Of a stretch of DNA of 64,000 nucleotides, positions 1 through 54,244 are shown one piece after another. Made by a program: the position numbers and the translations under genes. The stretch comes from Amoebidium appalachense. Taxonomy: Eukaryota; Protista; Ichthyosporea. The notes below the pieces were generated by a model. That model was not told the DNA's origin, did not search any database, and worked only from the letters and a program-made list of their open reading frames with translations. Where the stretch lies: contig CAVNZM010000005.1 in the NCBI GenBank assembly GCA_963693365.1, positions 10,873,728 through 10,937,727 of the forward strand, written 5' to 3'. Within the stretch, counting starts at the first letter, position 1. Every line of letters begins with the position of its first letter.

Positions 1-97
1 GTAAGAATATAATATGCAGTGTGTATCGAAAATGGCGTGTTGGGGGTAGATAGTAGTGGACGGGCTGTGCACGATGTGACCACTAATACTTTACATA

Positions 98-222
98 TAG
101 TTAGTTTATGGTATCGGCAATTTGTTTTTAAAGTGTTCTGACAGACAGAGTAGTGCAAACCATTACTTAGTTTATGGTATCGGCGATTTGCTATTAAAGT
201 GTTCTGACAGACAGAGTAGTGC
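98..222. repeat. Tandem duplication of about 65 bp
   Basis: TTAGTTTATGGTATCGGC.ATTTG.T.TTAAAGTGTTCTGACAGACAGAGTAGTGC occurs twice. Confidence 0.9.
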
Positions 223-463
223 CCATGGTTTGTTGATGCGTCGGCCATTTGGCGAGTTTTTATGGACGAACGTCGAACCGAACTGGAACACGCCACTTGA
301 GTACATTCGGTATCCTATTGGTTGGAAGTTGAAACGGTCCCCCCAGCAAGTGCAGGGAGGGCCAAAGTGGGGCAAAATAGTTGTATATTTATTGTTGGAT
401 TCGGTTTTTATATTCTGTAGACCAAAAATGTTTATGTTATGTCTCTAAATCTCTTTTTTGTAG

Positions 464-965
464 GCTCTATTCGGACACAGCACCTGTCGACGCGTGTCCG
501 AGTCGAGGACTTGAGGTGGGACGTAATCCAATCGGCATCCAGAAATAATTGAACTAAATGACGATCGGTTGTGATTGGCTACTGAAACAATGAAATAGTT
601 GTCCGTTACCTTATTGGGTCTCAAAATTGCTATGTGATTGGTCTAAAAACATACACATTCCCTATTGGGTTATGTGTTCCAATAGGAAGAGGGCAATTAC
701 AAGCGCACTTTGAAACATAAACAAAACACGGATCTCTCTTCAAACATACGTCATCTTCCCGGATCCACCGAGCAGTGCACGTGCGGCGGGCAATTATTAT
801 TTTATTTCTACACGTGCACCGTATGTAGGGTCCACCCTGGCTGTAAATCTGCCACCTACTGAGATGGCTCTTTATTTTTCCTTACACATTCAGCGAACAC
901 TGGACTCTATTGAACCGTCGAGACTCCGCGACAGAAAGCATGCACGCGGTTGCGAAGCGAACGTA
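464..965 (+). CDS. Possible 3' exons of an unidentified plus-strand gene entering from upstream
   Basis: The window opens with GTAAG. There is an acceptor ctcttttttgtag at 463, an exon at 464-515 with donor GTGGGA, and an acceptor cttacacattcag at 893. One frame reads SIRTQHLSTRVRVEDL-SEHWTLLNRRDSATESMHAVAKRT*. No recognisable domain. Confidence 0.25.
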
Positions 966-1197
966 AAGTTCATCGCAGCGGGTGCACACCGTCAGTACGT
1001 GTGAGGCTGTAAATGTAGCGATATCACAAACAAACGGGCCGCCGTACACAATTAAAAACCCAGTGTTACACGCCGTCGCATCAACACCAAGCCGCTGGGC
1101 ATGGCACAGTTTAGTAGGCACACATGCATGCACATAATTAGTAGTGGAGTATGTACTATCACACATGTACACACACGTGCACACTGGCACACACTGG

Positions 1198-1254
<57 letters not shown>

Positions 1255-1335
1255 ACACATACACACACACATACGCACACACGCACACACACACACACAC
1301 ACACGCACACACACAGACACACACACACACACACA

Positions 1336-1422
<87 letters not shown>

Positions 1423-1857
1423 GCGCGAAAGCAAGACTGCGTAGCCGGTAGGTTATAAGCGCATGGCATGGTGTGCGCAGGCTGTGTTTGCACCCCACCG
1501 GTTATTTCCATGTGCTGAGGCAGATCTTATCCTGTGGCTCGCCGGTTCTCTCTGACACACACACACTCTCAGGCTCTCTCTCTTTCTCTCTCTCTCTCCC
1601 TCCCCCCCTCCCTCCCTCCGTGCCCTCACTCTCTCCATCTCTCTCGCCTTCCCTTCTCTCTCTCATTCTCTCTTTCCCTCCCGGATCCCTCCCTAGGCCT
1701 CCCTCCCTCTCTCTCCCTCCCCTTCCCTTCTCTCTCTCATCCTCTCTTTCCCTCCCGTGATCCCTCCCTCTCTCTCTCTCCCTCCCCTTCCCTTCTCTCT
1801 AGATCTCTCATTCTCTCTTCCCCTCCCTCCCTCCCTCCCTCTCCCTCCCTCCCCCTC

Positions 1858-1892
<35 letters not shown>

Positions 1893-1946
1893 CCCCCCCC
1901 CCCCCCCCCCCCCCCTCGCTCTATCTCTGTGTGTGTTTGTGTGTGT

Positions 1947-1993
<47 letters not shown>

Positions 1994-3012
1994 CGTGTGC
2001 GTGTTCCAGTGTGGTGTGCGTGTGTGCAAGCACGTCATTATCAAATGCACATATCGTGATGTGTGTGTGGGCACGTCGATGTCATGTCGTGTATGCGTGC
2101 AGTGATCCACGGTGTGTCACAGCATGTGTATGCGTGTGTATCACTACAGGGGTGATATTTTGTGCATGGGGTATACAGTGCCGGCGAGAACTTCGTGTGC
2201 CTGACATGAATGGTGATCATCTGTGTGTGGGCATGTGTGGGTATATGTATGCTTCAACACAGACTTGCTAGGCATTTCGGCATGCATATGCATGAGAATA
2301 TGACAAAGACAATCCGATACGGACCTGTAGGTACACACAAAAACATCTCCTAGCATTAATATTTTGCAGATATATATATATATATATGACCTTTCTATTT
2401 GAGGAAATCATTAGGAAGCATCTGTGCACAATTTATTCGATTTATATTCACGCATCTGCATGCTCAGGCTTTAAATTAGGCTCGTATTCGATCGATTTGA
2501 TCAGTACTGCAGTCATGCAGTTCATATGTAGTGGTGGGAGAGACGAAGTTCTACAGCATATATAATAGGACATATCATCATGTATGTAACAGTAAAACAA
2601 CACTGCATTTTCTTAATAAATTTGGTTGGATGAGACAGCATTCACACACAGAAACCTTGATTCGTGTTATAGCAAGCATTCGATATTTAGAGTACATGTT
2701 CAGGCATTACTATGCACCAGTTATCTTACAGAACCTTTTGCTGGCTTACCTATTTCGAACTAATCACCACAGCCACGCAGTCACGTTTACAGAAAAAAAT
2801 TGCATCTAATACTAAGTAGTATCACCGGCTTTTCTTTACTAATGGCATTCATTATTCCTAGTACAAACAACATCATAGGCTTAAAATTCATTATCACCAG
2901 GGCTAACAATATTACCGGCCAACATTCACTATTACCACACCGCCACTGACCAAGCATACATATCTGTTGACCCAACTTATACATTACACTGAATAAAGTA
3001 GATTAACACCAT

Positions 3013-3048
<36 letters not shown>

Positions 3049-3151
3049 CGCCCTGTGCACAGATTCGTACACAATGCCAACACACTCAAAAATATGGAAG
3101 CATGTCCTAGACCGGGCGTACAGCTATTTACACAGACGTTGCAGGTGCAAC

Positions 3152-10099
<6,948 letters not shown>

Positions 10100-10503
10100 C
10101 TGCAAGGTGCATGTGTGGGTGCCTATGTGGTTTTATGCACCGTGAAACATAAACCCTAAAAATTACGAAACATTACCTATGTGTTCCCCTCCCTGCTTCC
10201 TAGCTGGAAGAGTAAACCGAGGCAAAAGGAAACGCAAGAACAGCTGCATCAAACACGTGCACACAACTGGTTGTAGTGTTTTACCATTGGGAAAATTTTA
10301 TTTGTATAGGATTATTATAAGCCGCAATGCCAGAATAATGTAATGTTTTAGTGTCCGAAAATGTTTTCTCACATTTCATTCTGACAATGATGTGTTAGCA
10401 TGGGGTAAATACAATAGCACATATGGACTATCATTATATTCTTGCGTGCAAATGATATCTTATTATTATAAAGGCATTGATGTGCTCGAATGAAAACACA
10501 CAA

Positions 10504-10549
<46 letters not shown>

Positions 10550-10810
10550 CGGTCCCAACTCTACCTTTGTGGGTGCCGGGCTGCCAGGCTCCAACTCTGG
10601 GGTGATAGGTAGGTCCAGAGCAGGGGGGGGTTTAAGCCCTCCGGAGGGGGTCTTTTTTGCGGTCTTTTTAAGGTCTACCCCCTGCTGTGATACGGTGCTT
10701 AGACTCTCATTTCAACAACCACACACCGACCCGCCCACCACACACACCCACACACACACACCCACACACACGCACACCCACCGACCCACCGACCCACCGA
10801 CCCACCCACC

Positions 10811-10895
<85 letters not shown>

Positions 10896-11599
10896 CCACA
10901 CACCAGCATGTACTCTGCTGATTACTCTCATGCTATGAGCAGTCAACACAAGTCTAGAGCAGTGAGAGTCGATAGAAGCATTGTCGAAGACGATGCAACT
11001 GGTGGCGGAAATGCAGGGATGAAGTGGTGGGTTATGGTGCAGTGATGATCGACAACGGGGGGGAGGGGAGGAGGACGGGAGGGGGGGAGGGGGGAGGGGG
11101 AGGGGAGGGGAGGGGAGGGGAGGGGATGGGGGGGAGGGGGGAGGAGGGGGGGGTCCACCTGTGATGCTTTCCGAGGAGGCTTCAGAATGTCCGATGATAC
11201 TGTCGAATGAATAATGGTGTTAGGTGACGGCATTCCAACTTCACAAGAGCAGAGACGTAGACAAAACAATGAAGTTGGCAGCACCACAAAAAAAAAAAAC
11301 ACGGTTTTGGGAGCAACACTATACTTCTCTGATAAATCTGATAAACACGGTTTCTACGTGTGTAAAAGGAGAGGAAATGCGGATGGGGGTTCAAGGGGCG
11401 TGGGAGGGGTAGTGCAGTGACGAAGACCATCACCAACACCAAATGCATGCGCGTGTCTGAACTGAGGCACGTGTTCACGTGGTTTGCTCCACACTGCCCT
11501 GTTCACGACCAAGTCAGCATATATCACGGATTCTAAGGCCATTGGGGACACTGAATAATGTATCTGTGTATGGGCAATGCTATATCCTTCGAGTCGACT

Positions 11600-45076
<33,477 letters not shown>

Positions 45077-45890
45077 TTTGACACCTAATTGAGCTAACGG
45101 ATTCTAGCAGCAGCAACCGTAGTTGGAACATGGCTCTCTACAGCCCTCCAGCCCACTTGTGTCTTGTGGTGTCCGGTTATGTATGTCTTTGGCTGCTACC
45201 GGACTAGCGTAAGCGTGACCGGTCATATCTACGCAAGCCTAAAGTAGCTAGTAGCTGCAGCGTAGCAAGCTCTTCTACCATGCAAGCTCACAAGGTGTAT
45301 GTTGCTTGAATCCTTGGGATCATTCCACTGGGTGGCCGAGTCCACGCAAGGTCTCTGCAGAGCGCCTATACGAGTCAGGACTCAGCCAGATCAGCTTCTT
45401 TGTTCGCGCAAACGGGCAACTGCGCGCTGATTTGCCAGAATATTACGCACAGGATCTGCTTTTGGCGCGCTTTTTGGGTGCCCGCAACTTCCGGTCGGAG
45501 GATCGAGCTCAAACCTCGGGAGGAGTCAGGAGTCTACCACCTACTGAGGCGGTGTCTCCTTTCTTTTTTTTTTTTTTTTTTTTTTTTTTTTGCCGCCTGA
45601 GTAGATGTATAACGTCGCACGTGCGGCAACACGTCAGTACGTGTTAGGTCAGGAGTCGGGAGTCGGGAGGTGCCACGGTAGTCTAGTATATGGGCCACTC
45701 TACAGCTGAGGGCGGATTCAGAAGGTCAGGAAAAACGATGGACTGTAGGTAAAAAGCTTATGTATATATTTGCTACATGTGCTTATACAGGCGTTCACCC
45801 CTTCTGAGTGATTGAACATACCCAGTAAAAGTTATGCTTTGTCACTTCAATTGTACTTTTGTAATGCTCGCCTTCTCTAACTTGTAGAAG
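45077..45890. promoter_or_regulatory. Putative bidirectional promoter and 5' UTRs between the two divergent genes
   Basis: 814 bp between divergent ATGs, CpG-rich and free of CA/poly-G repeats. Contains an E2F-like TTTTGGCGCGC (~45460-45470), TTCGCGCAAA (~45403) and ACTTCCGG (~45487). Both ATGs closely follow an AG acceptor (ctcaattag|gtgtcaaaATG; ctaacttgtag|aagATG), implying 5'-UTR introns. Confidence 0.6.
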
Positions 45891-46277
45891 ATGGCAGACA
45901 CTGGGGGGCATCTCTCCAAGCTCTCGCTATGTTTTATGGACGGGGAGCCAATCAGCATAGGCACGACCTGTCCGATAGTGCGGCACACCAGCTACCAGGA
46001 CTGCTATGATCAGGTCACGGAGATACTGAGGGACCTGGGCGACACAAACCAGCCTGCTGCCGCCGAACTGTTCCAGAAGGTGGGTTCTGTAAAGGGTTAA
46101 GGAGAGCAGCATAAGCTGGCTATGAAGCTTGTGTATAAATTCAATAGGCGTGTGTAAGTGTGGGCTCTAAGCTAGGTGTGTGTGTGCAATCCTCTCTAAC
46201 TCCAAACGTTTAGTGTGCGTGCAATCCTCTTTAACTCCAAACGCTCTCTCTCTCGTTCTCTCTCGTTTTCTCTCTCT

Positions 46278-46362
<85 letters not shown>

Positions 46363-46495
46363 TCCCTCCCTCCCTATCCCTCTTCCCCTCCCCTCTCCCC
46401 CTCCACCCCCCGCCCCCCCCTTCCCCCTCCCCCTCCCCTCTCCCACTCCGCCCCCCCCCCTCCCCCTTCCCCTCCCCTTCCCCCTCCCCCTCCCC

Positions 46496-46549
<54 letters not shown>

Positions 46550-46701
46550 CTCTCCTCTCTCTCTCTCTCTCTCTCTCCCCCCTCCTCCTCCCCCTCCCCC
46601 CCTCCCCCCTTCCCCGCGCCCTCACACATACACACACACACACATACACAAACACACAGACATACTCCCTCTCCCTCTCCCTCTCTCCCTCTCCCTCCCT
46701 C

Positions 46702-46786
<85 letters not shown>

Positions 46787-46798
46787 CTTTCTCTCTGC

Positions 46799-46896
<98 letters not shown>

Positions 46897-47917
46897 GTCT
46901 GTCTGTCTCTCTCTTCCTCTCTTCCCCTCCCCTCCCTTCCCTTCCTCCCCCTCTCCCTCCAGAACTTGCTTTGCATCTGTAGGGTTGATGCTAAAGTTTA
47001 TGTCGTGCACAGGTGGAGCTTATTCCTCAGGACCTGTCCCAAGTTCTGGATGCCAGCAACTACAAGTCATTCACACGCATAACAAGCCTTACTGTGGCCC
47101 TGCCTATGGGTTTTCCTCTTCGGAAAGGTGCTGACCTCCGACGGTGTTTTCTTTTTGTTTGTTTGTTGTTTTTTTGCGCCCTTGTGTTGTGCCCTGACGT
47201 TACACCTTTCGTGTGCGAGTATGGGTGACTGGCTGGCTGTCTGGCAGAAAGTGTGTACTTGTGTGGCATGGTGGTGCATGTGTGCATATGTTTGCCGTTG
47301 CTGTTCGTGTGTGCCCGGTTGTGTGCCATGCGTATGTGTGTGTGATGTGTGTATGTGTGTGTGCTAGCAATGCGGCGCCCTCTTTTTCTGTTAAGTACTA
47401 GCTTCTTTTTTGGGAGGGGGATGAGATGGGGGGAAATTAGATTAGAGAAAGTTTGGACGTGTAGAGAGGGAGCGGATCCATGGTGGTGAAGGGGGGGGGA
47501 GGGGGGAGGGGGGGGGGGGGGGGGGGGGGATTATTTCATACGTGGAAGGGGAAAGATATTTTGATTATATACACTTTTGCCTTTTTGGTCATTGATATAT
47601 CACTGTTGGTGAGGATTCGTTTTTGCCTTAGTTTCTGGTATGCACCCACTGACGCACGTGCCAGGCCAGGTGGACGAGCTCACCACTCCAGCAGAGTCTG
47701 TCGACTTCACCCTTTTGGTAGGTGTAAACCAAACTTATTGGGAGGGGCAAGGATGGGAGAAGGCCATAATTCAGCTTTGGCGGGTCAGCTTCTTGATGAT
47801 ATTTGCATAGTTGCTTATGAAAACAGGTTGCAGAGCAGATTTAAATGTTTGTTTGTTTTGCCTCCCTTACTTCACTTTTTCTTGTTTTAGTTTTCTTTTT
47901 GTTGGTTGAAGCGGGAT

Positions 47918-47948
<31 letters not shown>

Positions 47949-48519
47949 TGAAGGGAGGAGGGCAGGTGGGTTGTGGGGTAGTGAGATATATGACCGGTAA
48001 AATGAGGGAGAAGGCGCGGCGGGGGGGCGGGGTTGGGGGGGGGGGGGGGGGGGGGGGAGGGGGGGGGGGCTATGATAGCCTATGTGATATCATGTCGAGC
48101 TGCTAACATGGCTGTTGGCAGGCCACGCTCGAGGGCCCAGTTGTGCCCTTCACCATCCATGCAACACCATTCCGTGACCTGGCAAGGGGACGCACACAAC
48201 GATTTCCTGAATACTGGTACCTGCCCACTGAGATACCTCCCGTGGGAAATATTAGGAGACAGGAAGGGGGGATACCTCATGAACTAGCATATTCATGTGT
48301 TCTCCCAACGCCTACTCTCCCTCCCTCCCTCTTCCTCTGGGCTGTGTGCATGTACAAATGACACATCAACAATCTGGTTCTTAGCGCCATGATCCTCCAT
48401 TTATGCGGGTTGAAGTGCTGCTGGCGTCTACCACCACAAAGTGCCAATATGCATTTGTTGTATGCCTCTTAACCCTGCAACCTCCCTCCCCCCCCCCCCT
48501 CCCCCCCCCCCCTTTTTTT

Positions 48520-48571
<52 letters not shown>

Positions 48572-50462
48572 TGGGGGAATAAAAGGAAAAAGAAGAGGGG
48601 GAAAGGAACAAAAAAAATGGAATAAAAAGGGATGAACGAAAAAGGAGGCATACACAGCCACAATAACACACTACCAACCACTTCAATCGCTCGCATTCCC
48701 GGCTTCTTTCTTCGTGTTTTTACTGATTTAGGCTTTTGACCCGTTCAGTAACCTCATAGTGGACGGCAAATACCCGTGGGATGCCGACGAAGATGGGGGG
48801 CAGGAGCCTGTGGAGGTGAGTGTTGGTGTGTGTGGTGTAACCTCGTGTGTGGGGGGGGTGGTGCCTACTATGGTAGCACCTTAGTAGCCTAATGTGGGTG
48901 GTAGGAAGTCACTGTGGGTGGGTGGTATGTTCGGAATGGTGCCTTGGGAGGCAATTTTGCGCACCCGTTCATAGAGAGTGAGCCTTTGAATTACTCCACC
49001 CATTCACCTTCACCGTGACCCTGCCAGCATGGGAATATGGGCTTGAGCACTTTCGAACATTCATAGTCTTCTTCTGTAATGCCACTTGGTCTTCGTTGCA
49101 CACCTGTACCACACAATAGCCACCTTGTGGTTTCCCACCTCCTTCTCTCCCCCCCTTTCCTTCCTCCTCCCATCTCCTCTCCACCTCCCCCCCCCCCCCC
49201 CCCCCCCTCCCCCTCCCCCGCGCATGGCTGATGTTGCATACTTGAATGTCTGCCTTTGCATGTGTCCTTCGTGTATGCGTACTTCGTACCGTGTTCCGCA
49301 TTCAAACCCCCCCCCCCCCCCCCCCCCCCGCTGCCCCCCACCACACACACACACACACACCCTTCCTCCCTCCCCTTTCCTCCCTCACCCCTCCCCCCCC
49401 CCCCCCCCCTTCTCTCACTGCTTCCTTCGCCCTTCTCCCCTCTCCCTCCCCCCCCCCCCCCCCCCCCCCTCCCCAGATCACACTTGAGGAGGTCAGCACC
49501 CAGAGCTACGACCATGCACGTGCACTGTACATGCCCGACTTCAGACTGGAGGCCACCCACCCATCGGCCCAGACTCTGTTCAATGCAATGAGCAAGCGCA
49601 CAAGAAGAGAAAACCCACGGGTGAGCATATGCACGCACTCGGCTGCACCCCTGCTTGTACCTGCACACAGACTAGTAGTATGTCGGTTGGTCTGTATCTA
49701 GAGTGTGCTTTCCTCATCACTCCCTTGGTTGGTCTATGTGTGCAACTGAAGATGTTCTCATGACCCCCCCCCCCCCCCCCCCCCCCCCCCCTCTCCCTCC
49801 CTCCCTCCCCCGGCACCCACCCATTCAGCCCGGCCCAGCGTTCTACTCTTATTTCCCCCTGCCGTTCTTTTCATGTGGGCAGGTAGGGGGGCGCTTAGTA
49901 GTACCCTTGCGTGTGTGTGTGTCTCTGTGCATGTGTGTATGTGTGTTTTGGTGGTAGTGGTTATGTGTGTCTGTGGGTTGGTGGGTGGGTGGGTGGGGTA
50001 GGTGGGTGCGCGGGCTTTCCTTTGTTTGGGTTTTTTTTCTTTTCTTTTTTCTTTTTTTAGTAACCTATCCAAACTCACAAATGCCATTCACCCAGGTGGC
50101 AAGGATCAAGCTTGCATCTGGCTGGCTACTATTTTTGACCCGCAAGCTTCGATCCACTGCGCGCAACTCTGACAAAGTCACGTTTGACGGGTTCATGTGC
50201 AACATCAACAAGATAGCCCCTATAGGCGGGGGGCTCAAGTTCACATTCTTCAACACCATTTACGAGCAGAAACTGAGCGCAGCTGGTGTTCTGGACAACA
50301 GGTGCTCATATGAACTGATGGTGTGTTGTCCCCCTCTCATCCGCTTCCCTTTGCCTCCAACACATACATCCTCACGCGCAAAAGCAGCGTGTTCGTGTGT
50401 GAGCGCACACACACACCCATACGCACACACGCACGCGGGCACCTGCACGCGCACGCGCGCGC

Positions 50463-50537
<75 letters not shown>

Positions 50538-50721
50538 TGCACACACACACACATACACACACACCATAAGAATGAATGATGTTATGCATGCAGGCACAGC
50601 CGACCCTTTAGCTCAGCAAACCTACTCATTTTAGCTCTTGGTAACTGTCGGCGACATATCCACCCACGTTCTTTAACACCTTTTACATAAGGAAGAGCTT
50701 GTTGGTCACGAGAGCCGAACT

Positions 50722-50770
<49 letters not shown>

Positions 50771-52142
50771 CTTGGGGGCCCCGGAGTGTGGTGTGAATTC
50801 AGATGGTGTTGGTTCCAGCAACAATTGTTCTTGACAATGGACCCTTGTATTGGATGGGAAGGAGATGATAGGACACATATGCATATGCTAGTATTCAACA
50901 TGAAAACCTTTCGAAGTTGCCAGACCTTTAATACATTAAAACTTCAATTGTAAATTGATCTTTCCAGGATCTAAATGTACAAGCAAACCGTGCAAGCTTT
51001 TCCCCACTTACCTTTCCTGACACTGTTTAGTTCACAGAAACAGCGCATGTTGCCGCTAGTGTTTGGGCTTGAAGACACTCTAGTGCATGAGTTCAGCACG
51101 TGGGAGGAGGTGCGGCAGTACTCGAAAAGTCTGGACCCCCAGTGGGCTGTGAGGTTCGATGCTAGTGTGGCCTCCTACATGGTTCAGGCATGCAACCCCC
51201 AAATACATACACTCACAGACACACGCATGACACATGCACACTCACACAAAACCACGCACACCAAAACACACACTGACGCAAGCACGCATGCACATGCGCC
51301 ACGGCCACCACCACGCCTACCTGTGTCACACTTAAAGATAGGGAGGCATTCACACACATCCACCCCGATCGCACATACCAACCCTTGTGTGGTGTATACT
51401 TACCACCCCCACGCGTTTTCTGTCAGCAGGGAGGTGAACGGTTCATGTGTGTGCGTGAGGGTGTGCGGCAGCTACTACGTGGGCTACGAGAGAGATACAA
51501 GTTGTTCGTGCTGACTAGCATGGGCACCGAGTATTGCAGTGCTGCACTGGGGTTGCTTGACTGGGACAACACAGCCCTCATATCTAATGGTGAGTGCCCT
51601 CATATCTATTTTCTATTATCTATTGGTAAGTGCCCTGATATCTAGTTGCCCTGATATCTAGTGGTGTGGTGGATGCACTCGTATCTAATGGTATGGTGAA
51701 TGCCGTCGTATCTAGTGGTATGGTGAATGCCGTCATATCTAGTGGTATGGTGAATGCCCTCATATCTAGTGGTATGGTGAATGCCCTCTTATCTAGTGTC
51801 AAATGTGGTTGCCCTTATATCTAGTATCTGATGTAAATGCCCCTAATACCAGATATATAATAATAAGTGCCCTGATATCTAGTGGTATACTGTACGCCCT
51901 CATATCTAATGGTATATCGAATACCGTCATATCTATTGGTATACATAGTGAATGCTATTATATCCAACGGGATGGTGTATGCCATCTTACCTTGTATCTG
52001 ATGTGAATGCCCTGATATCTAATGGTATGGTGCACCTGTTATGCTCTCCTCCTGACCTATCCCCCCCCCCCCCCCCCCCCCCTCCCCTCCCTCCTCCTCC
52101 TTCCCCCTCTCCCCACCTACCCCCCTCTCCCACACCCCCCCC

Positions 52143-52197
<55 letters not shown>

Positions 52198-52557
52198 AGC
52201 TGCAACCACCACTGTGTCGGGCAGCACGCATGCCAAGGAGTTTGTGATGGTGTTTGAGCGCACGGCCGGGGGGGACTTCAGCTACCAGCCAGGGCTGGGG
52301 CTGGCAGTGGACGACAATCCGTCAGCATGGGACCCTGAGTGGCGCGCACATGTGGTCGACATCAGGCCCATGTCCCACTGCGATGTATGTGTGCACCCTG
52401 CCTGTCGTGCTTGCTGGCTGAAAGAAGATCTTTCCACTGTGCATATTTTGTACTCCAACCAAAGCCCCCCTCCCCCCCCCCCCCCCCCCCTTCCTCCCCG
52501 TACCTTTCTCCCTTCCCACCCAAACACACCCACTCATTTGCGCATGCACGTGCATGC

Positions 52558-52620
<63 letters not shown>

Positions 52621-52806
52621 CCACCCTATGACACACCCCAACATGCACGGGGCAGTCGAGCTATCCAATCCTCCACGTTGCTCATATCTGTTGATGGTGA
52701 TTGCGTGTCATATTCTCTTTCTGCTTGGATGTGTCTCACGTGTTTTACTGCTGGTATGTCTATGCCCACAGCATGCATACACATGGCATCCCATGATTCC
52801 CTTCCC

Positions 52807-52841
<35 letters not shown>

Positions 52842-54183
52842 CGGTTTTCCAGAGCCCACCTAACCACCTATGTGGGCACAGAGCCCTGACCAAGATCTCG
52901 AAGTGTTGGCCGGTGTGTCCGAGCTGCTGGAGGGTACCCTACCCCCCTCTCCCCCCCCTTCCTCCCTGCCTCCCCCCCTCACCCCCCCCCCCCCCCACAC
53001 ACACACACACACCCTTCCCTTGCCTCCCAACCCCCCCCCCCCCCCCCCCTCTCCCCCCGGGATTTCACTCCATGCACTCAACGGCGCAGTCCACAGGGGC
53101 CACGCGTAGGCAGCCTTCTCAGCTGTTATCTACCAAGAATGTGCACCACAGCACACCATGCACCATATCCACACACGTGACTCTTTGACATCCATGCCCG
53201 GTAACCAGCCTCGAAGAAACATATGGGATAAACACATGATAGACTCAAATTTAGGGTTACCATGACTGCCATCCAAGAAGGTTGTCTAACTATGCTGCCA
53301 CCACCATGACCTGTTCCACCCCTCCCAAATGTGGTCAGCGCAAGTCCTTAATGTTTTTTTGCTGCATATTGAGATCCAGCAATAGAAACCAAAGATTGGT
53401 GCAAGTGAAGGTGCTAGATGGTGGCATGTGATTGGCTGACTGTGCATGCAGATGTGCACAGGGAGTACTTCATGCACCTGGAGGATGACAGCCAGGCTGA
53501 CTATGTGTCGGTCGATGCCCAGCTGGCTGCCTCAAGAAAAAGCATGCTCACCCAGCCAACACCGTAATGGCCCCCTCTCCCCCCCCCCCCTCCCCCCCCC
53601 CCACCCCCCCCCCCCTCCCGTCACCCCCCCCCCCCACACACACACACAAAAAAAAAAAAAGAAAGAAAAAAAGAAAGAAAGAAAGAAAAGAAAAAAGAAA
53701 AAAAGAAAAACACATGCGTGCGGAGGCAGTCAAGCAGATACCATCATTCTCTCATTTCGCCCACAGAATTCTGTGTTCCTTTCTTGGGCTACTTTGGATA
53801 CTAATGTCCTTCTCGTGGCTCTGCACATGCAGGAGCCGTGAGCTGTTGCGCAGCCCCGAGCTAAGAATACGACCAGCACAGCCAGACAAATCAAAGGTAA
53901 TAACTGTTTGCTCTACTTTACCCCCCCAACATCAGATGAATTACTAGAATTTTCTTCACGGCTTTCACGTGCCTGAACTCTCAAGTTTATTCCTGCCCTT
54001 CTCCCCTTGTTGTAGCCTCCCGGTAACAAACAAAAACTGCAGCTTTGGACAACTCGTGTCGCTCGGATATTATCCACCTGCCCATTGTACATTACCAACC
54101 AACAATTCATGAGACCTGAGCCCACCCATTCTTCTCCCCTAAAACACAAAGGTGTGTGTGTGGCGGGCACACACACGTGCGCG

Positions 54184-54244
<61 letters not shown>

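Noticed and set aside
10151-10159. AAACCCTAA telomere-like motif
   Set aside because: Single copy, expected by chance in 64 kb, and not an array.
45306-45647. 113-aa ORF in the divergent intergenic region
   Set aside because: It has a non-ATG start, no domain, runs into poly-T, and overlaps the likely promoter/UTRs.
51573-52032. CRISPR-like appearance of the 27-bp repeats (also the 21-bp and 85-bp arrays)
   Set aside because: Units are contiguous without unique spacers, there are no cas genes, and the context is a eukaryotic intron.
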